Source: Candidatus Latescibacterota bacterium
GTDB taxonomy: Bacteria > Latescibacterota > UBA2968
Direction: 5' to 3'
Assembly: GCA_965198115.1 (NCBI GenBank)
Contig: OZ240241.1
Coordinates: 5,856,001-5,920,000 of the forward strand
DNA: 64,000 nt
Part shown: positions 59,411-64,000 of the stretch, piece after piece
Position numbering within the stretch: the first letter of the stretch is position 1
Layout: the number at the start of each line of letters is the position of its first letter
Position numbers and translations under genes: made by a program
Notes under the pieces: generated by a model
Seen by the model: the letters and a program-made list of their open reading frames with translations, nothing else
Database searches by the model: none
Told to the model about the DNA's origin: nothing

Positions 59411-60343
59411 TTATCTCATCGCCAATGCCGCCGCCCCCAGCAGCACCGATCGATCCCCTCTCGCCGCGGGTAGAATGCGGACAGCATTACGATGAACAGG
59501 CATGACTCGATCCCTCGTCGCACGACGAAGAGGTTCGAACAGGATGCTGCCCGCGCGAGCGACCCCACCCCCGACAACGACACAGTCCGGCGCAAAGGTG
59601 TTCACCGTCGTCGCGATTCCCACACTCAGGTAGCGAGCCGTTTCCTCGACCAACCTGGCGGCAAGACGATCCCCTTCTTTCGCCGCCGACATCACATCCC
59701 TAGCGGTGATTACTCCCGAGGTTCTGTAGACCTTTCGCAAGCTGCGGCTCCTTCCACCCGCCACAAGGGCCTCCACGGCACGGCGACCGATCGACGACCC
59801 CGAGCAAAGAGCCTCGAGACATCCGCGATTGCCGCAGGCGCAGACCGGGCCCTCTTCCAGAATGGGGACGTGCCCCATCTCGCCGGCCTGACCGTTGGCG
59901 CCTCGGTAGATTTCACCGTCGATGATCACACCGCCCCCGATTCCTGTGCTAACCGTGTAATAGACGAGGTGCCGACACCCACGGCCTGCACCGAACGTCA
60001 GCTCGCCCAGGGCACCCAGATTGGCGTCGTTGTCGACCACGGTCGGAAGACCGAGTGCATCCTCGATCAGCTTCGACAGCGGAACGTCGTCCCAACCCTG
60101 AACGTGCGTAGAGTTGATCACACGCTGGTCATCGAACGCCACCGGACCGCCGAATCCCACACCGCACGCCGTCACTCTGAACGATTGGCAGAGCTGCCGC
60201 CCGTGCTCGATCACGCGGTCGATCATCCAGGGCGCACCGCCGGCCGCATCCGTCTTGCCCCGCTCGATGCGGGTCACCTCACCTCTGCGGCCGATCACCG
60301 CGAGCCGGTACTGAGTCCCTCCGATGTCGATCGCAAGAACCAC
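59411..60343 (-). CDS. ROK family sugar kinase (glucokinase-like)
   Basis: LAIDIGGT, DNDAN.GALGE, STGIGGG, GEMGH, CACGNRGCLE. Confidence 0.93.
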   Translation of the reverse strand: MVLAIDIGGTQYRLAVIGRRGEVTRIERGKTDAAGGAPWMIDRVIEHGRQLCQSFRVTACGVGFGGPVAFDDQRVINSTHVQGWDDVPLSKLIEDALGLPTVVDNDANLGALGELTFGAGRGCRHLVYYTVSTGIGGGVIIDGEIYRGANGQAGEMGHVPILEEGPVCACGNRGCLEALCSGSSIGRRAVEALVAGGRSRSLRKVYRTSGVITARDVMSAAKEGDRLAARLVEETARYLSVGIATTVNTFAPDCVVVGGGVARAGSILFEPLRRATRDRVMPVHRNAVRILPAARGDRSVLLGAAALAMR

Positions 60344-60346
60344 CTG

Positions 60347-61117
60347 TCACCCATTCCAGTTCACACCCAGTGCCTTCAAGTGGGATAAAGACTGCTCGAC
60401 CCTCGCGCAGACTTCAGCCTCAGTCAGAGATTCGCCTTCGATCCCCTCGATCTCGAGCGTCATCGGACCGGAAAACGAGGCCGCCCTCAGTATGTCGAAA
60501 ATCGATGTGAAATCGACGATGCCTTGGCCCAGTGCTGGGAAGTGCCACGTGCGGTATTCGCCGTTCGTGTCCTTGAGGTGAACAGCCCCAACGTGATCGA
60601 CAATCCGCCTCAGCTCTGATACGGCATCGACACCTTCATTATAGTAGTAGAGATTGGCCGTATCGAAATTGACCCCCACGTTTGGATGGGCAACACCCGA
60701 CATCGTCGCAAGGGCGACATCCGCATTCGTCACCAGGTCCGGATGCGTCTCCAGGGCCACCGTCACACCCCACTCGGCCGCAGCATCTCCGATGTTCTGA
60801 AGCCGTCCGTAGACGTAGTCCAGATCGAGTTCGCCCGTTTTGACGCTCGTGAACACCGTCTTGACGTCGAACTCGGCAACGGTTTGGAGAGCGTGTGCAA
60901 ATCGGACCACCACGTCGTCCGCGTCCATCTGACAGGGAACGATCAACGACGAAGCGGATAGACTGTGATCTTCGAGCTCCTGGCGAACGCCCTGGGCCTC
61001 CCGGCTATCCGGACACTGAATCTCCACGTGTTTCACACCCATTTCGGCCAGATGCGCGTACGCGCGATGACGATACGGACCATAGCTGGCCAAATTGCAG
61101 GCGACGAGGGCATTCAT
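60347..61117 (-). CDS. Sugar phosphate isomerase/epimerase (xylose-isomerase-like TIM barrel)
   Basis: ALETHP, VNFDTAN, VHLKD, G.G.VDF, LEIE. Confidence 0.9.
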   Translation of the reverse strand: MNALVACNLASYGPYRHRAYAHLAEMGVKHVEIQCPDSREAQGVRQELEDHSLSASSLIVPCQMDADDVVVRFAHALQTVAEFDVKTVFTSVKTGELDLDYVYGRLQNIGDAAAEWGVTVALETHPDLVTNADVALATMSGVAHPNVGVNFDTANLYYYNEGVDAVSELRRIVDHVGAVHLKDTNGEYRTWHFPALGQGIVDFTSIFDILRAASFSGPMTLEIEGIEGESLTEAEVCARVEQSLSHLKALGVNWNG

Positions 61118-61138
61118 CTACAATCACTCGATGGATGG

Positions 61139-61366
61139 TCAGAACAATCGTTGGAGAAACATCAGCGCGAGGAAAATCACGATAGGCGATAGGTCGAATC
61201 CACCCATCGGAGGAAGGAGACGGCGAACAGGAGCGAGCACAGGCTCCGTGAGCGCATAAATCACGCGGACGACGGGATGGTAAGGATTGGGCGAGAACCA
61301 CGACATTAGGACCCGTGCCAGGATGACGTACCAGTATAGTGTCAGGAAACTCGAGATCAGTCCCAC
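61139..61366 (-). CDS. yggT: YggT family membrane protein
   Basis: R.LMSWF.PNPYHP....YALTEPVLAPVRR.LPP.GGFDLSPI. Confidence 0.92.
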   Translation of the reverse strand: MGLISSFLTLYWYVILARVLMSWFSPNPYHPVVRVIYALTEPVLAPVRRLLPPMGGFDLSPIVIFLALMFLQRLF

Positions 61367-61488
61367 GTGATTCCCCTATCTTGACGGCAGGATGTAATCT
61401 GGTAGTTTTCAAATGCAGGCCGTTAGGTCGCATCACCTCCTATCTACCCCTCCCTTGATAGGAATACGCCCAACGGTCTGCATTTTTG

Positions 61489-61517
61489 TTGACCCGTGTG
61501 GCGGATCGGTTTAGGTT
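61489..61517 (+). promoter_or_regulatory. sigma70-like promoter
   Basis: TTGACC - 17 nt - TAGGTT. Confidence 0.5.
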
Positions 61518-61522
61518 TGACC

Positions 61523-61582
61523 CACTGAGTGATGCAGTAGTCCCCCGAGGGCACGGAGGGAGCCCTTGGGGGATTTGTCTTT
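61523..61582 (+). ncRNA. Candidate small RNA (hairpin plus U-rich tail)
   Basis: 14-bp stem 61539-61552/61562-61575 with G-U pairs on the + strand, loop ACGGAGGGA, U-rich tail; no + strand gene follows. Confidence 0.35.
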
Positions 61583-61657
61583 GTATGTCAAGAGGCGCTC
61601 GGCAGACCAACTGGGTGGACCACGTCTACCCCCGGTCACCCCGTTTCTTCCTGTCAC

Positions 61658-62035
61658 CTACATACGGCCTGCTTGATTCGACCGTCGAAAGGATGGTCCG
61701 AACAGAAGAATGATCGACAGGCTGCTGTAAACGCCGATCGGCCCACCGATGCCCCAGGAAAGACCGAACTCAACCCCTTTGTAGATAAAGAAACCGATCC
61801 CCGTCGTCACTCCGAAAGCAACCGCCGTGCGGAGGGCGCGAACAAAATCCTCAGCCTGCTCCTCGGTACTCGGCTTGTTCAGCCCGAACACGAGTCCCAC
61901 CGCAAGACCTGCGAAGAGACCTTGCCTGACCAAGTAGGCTTCCAGAAGCCTCTCCGTCAGAATCAGCACGGCCAAAATCAGACCGCTCCATCCTGTGGCA
62001 CGACGCCAGGTCAACCCGAACCCTCCCGTGGACAA
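61658..62035 (-). CDS. Hypothetical membrane protein
   Basis: About four hydrophobic segments; start uncertain. Confidence 0.5.
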   Translation of the reverse strand: MSTGGFGLTWRRATGWSGLILAVLILTERLLEAYLVRQGLFAGLAVGLVFGLNKPSTEEQAEDFVRALRTAVAFGVTTGIGFFIYKGVEFGLSWGIGGPIGVYSSLSIILLFGPSFRRSNQAGRM

Positions 62036-62107
62036 GGAACGATGAGAGCATAAGCCCGGGGTCGAAGTCCGTCAACGACGCCACAGACGCCCGATGATTG
62101 AACACGC

Positions 62108-63495
62108 GGTCAAGTCCCATAGTCAGTTGAAAACTCATCGGGCCCCGTAGTTTGGTCAGGCTCTCTTTTGAGCATTCTGTTCGTTGTCGAGATTCAGATC
62201 TTTGTTCAGTGCTTGCCTGAGTAGGGGAAGATGTTTGTATCCGCTCACGCGTCGCAGGCGAGGTTCGATGTCGAGGAGTGCGGCAGCCACCCATCTGTGT
62301 CTCTGGGGAGAGTTGTTCCAGCGTCTGACCTTCCGAGTGAGCTCGCCGGTCCTGCTGTTGAGGGCTTCGATGCAGTTGGTGGTTCGGAAGCTTCGTTTCA
62401 GGAATGGGAGCATACCCAGCCGGTGGAGGGTCAGGGTTTCCTCCAGGCCTTCCTCGAGGCTCGTTACGGCAGACTGATTCATCAGCTTCAGTTCGGGTTT
62501 AAGTGATTCGAGTGCGGCCTTTGCCTCCTCGTAGGTGTCGCAGTCATAGGCTTTCTGGAGCTTCCGTCGAACTCTTGGACGTTCCCTCTCCGGGAGATAG
62601 CTGACGACATTCTCGCGCTTGTGCCACTGACAGCGATGCACGCGCACATACCCTTTGAGGGCTTTGGTGACAGCACTGCGGAGTCCCTTTGAGCCGTCAA
62701 GCACAACGAGAAGGCCCTGGTCGTAGCACAGGCCTCTCCGGATGAGGTCCTGGATCAGCTGGCGGCAGATCCGTTCGTTCTCCGTCGCCGATTCGACGAA
62801 GCCCAGGGGGATCTTCTGGCCGTCCATCGTGACCCCCAGAGCGATCACGATCTCTTCGTCGGCAAAGCTCTTTCCGTCAATGAACAGGGTCACGAAGCCG
62901 TAGTCGTCGAGGGGACGCTCCTGGAACTGCTTCAGCTTCTTCGCGGTGGCTTTGATGAACCGCCGCGAGACGGAGGACGCTGAGATACCAAACGCTTCTG
63001 GAACCGATTCGGCACAGGCCTTGTAGTTGCGGCACGAGATCCCCTTGAGAACACGAAGCAACAGCCCCTCGTCCGTCTTCTTGGGCGTCTGTAGAGCCCG
63101 GTATGCAGCCAGGGAAACCTCTGCGTCGGCCTCGACGTCGCGCACCCGGGGAACGTCTAACGGGAGCTTCTGGTCCATCAGATACACGGATCCCTTCTGG
63201 CTTCCCCACCGACGATGCGCCTGCTCCGAACCTTTGCGCGCATACCGAACGCCTGCGAGCTGCTCGACCTCCTGCTGGAGGAGGTCTGCCACTGCCTCCA
63301 GACCCAACGGGATCAACGCCTGGATCACCGACAAACGCGTCTCCAAATCGATGACATCGCCCTCAACCTTGACTTCACCATCGCCTACAAATAGCTTCTC
63401 CATCTGGGCTCCTTTCTTACGGGTATACGCTCCTACACGTCTACCCAACGTAAGTTTGGAGCCCTCTAAGTTTCAACTACGATAGGCACAACACC
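62108..63495 (-). mobile_element. IS256-family element, copy C (diverged isoform, 1388 bp)
   Basis: TSD GAACACGC at 62100-62107 and 63496-63503. Confidence 0.95.
62156..63403 (-). CDS. IS256-family transposase
   Basis: Homologous to copies A/B; ATG 63403. Confidence 0.93.
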   Translation of the reverse strand: MEKLFVGDGEVKVEGDVIDLETRLSVIQALIPLGLEAVADLLQQEVEQLAGVRYARKGSEQAHRRWGSQKGSVYLMDQKLPLDVPRVRDVEADAEVSLAAYRALQTPKKTDEGLLLRVLKGISCRNYKACAESVPEAFGISASSVSRRFIKATAKKLKQFQERPLDDYGFVTLFIDGKSFADEEIVIALGVTMDGQKIPLGFVESATENERICRQLIQDLIRRGLCYDQGLLVVLDGSKGLRSAVTKALKGYVRVHRCQWHKRENVVSYLPERERPRVRRKLQKAYDCDTYEEAKAALESLKPELKLMNQSAVTSLEEGLEETLTLHRLGMLPFLKRSFRTTNCIEALNSRTGELTRKVRRWNNSPQRHRWVAAALLDIEPRLRRVSGYKHLPLLRQALNKDLNLDNEQNAQKRA

Positions 63496-63623
63496 GAACA
63501 CGCGGGACTTCTGATGATTTCAACTTGACCCCCACTCGCACCTGCCTGATCTTTCCCATCACAGCGGGAAACGAAGCTATCTCCTTATGAAGTAAGGGGA
63601 TAGCCCTTCTTAAAGAGGTTCGG

Positions 63624-64000
63624 TTGGCCAAGAACAATACCATCGCCCAGGTCGGAAAACGCAAAGTTCAGATCAGCAACCTGGACAAGTGTCTCTTTCC
63701 AGAACCGGGCATCATCAAGGCCGAATTGATCGAATACTACCTGGGGACCGCACCAACGCTCCTGCGACACATCAAGGGTCGCCCCCTGTCATTCGTCCGG
63801 TATCCCGACGGTGTGACCGGGCAAAGCTTTTATCAAAAAAACAGCCCGGAGGGCACCCCGCCCTGGGTCGAGCACATCCTTGTCGGAGACGGAGAGAAGA
63901 AGCTCAACCACGTCGTGGCAACGGAAGAGGCCACCCTCGTCTGGACTGCGAACTTGGCGTGTATCGAAATCCATCAAATTCACGCACGGCTCCCTCACGT
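63624..64000 (+). CDS. ligD: LigD-type NHEJ polymerase (primase-like) domain, partial
   Basis: Translated by hand: TTG start, ISNLDK.LFPE.GIIKAELIEYY...HIKGRPLSFVRYPDGVTGQSFYQKN...WTANLACIEIH. Confidence 0.85.
   Translation, partial: MAKNNTIAQVGKRKVQISNLDKCLFPEPGIIKAELIEYYLGTAPTLLRHIKGRPLSFVRYPDGVTGQSFYQKNSPEGTPPWVEHILVGDGEKKLNHVVATEEATLVWTANLACIEIHQIHARLPH

Overview
GC-rich (~60%) bacterial chromosomal segment. Its gene content (eight PhyH-type Fe/2OG dioxygenase genes, five enolase-superfamily dehydratases, three GH32-like propeller hydrolases, a DUF6785-like membrane protein) suggests a Latescibacterota/Poribacteria-like heterotroph; this is inference. The window is IS-rich: three IS256, two tandem IS630, one each of IS200/IS605 tnpA, IS1182, ISL3 and ISAzo13, and an IS21 remnant, several of them nested. 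It also holds a decayed integrative element ending in a tRNA-Val(TAC) fragment, several REP-like palindrome families, and about a dozen frameshifted or broken genes (decay and/or sequencing indels). The most interesting signal is the ~280-nt leader of the PcfJ-domain gene (minus strand, 2460-2773). It has a promoter, a strong-SD mini-ORF MYLGFT*, an in-frame continuation carrying an RGPP arrest-like motif (a second RGPP lies in another frame), and mutually exclusive helices that hide or expose the pcfJ SD. Together these form a candidate ribosome-stalling/readthrough-sensing attenuator. No CRISPR array, rRNA or complete tRNA was seen.
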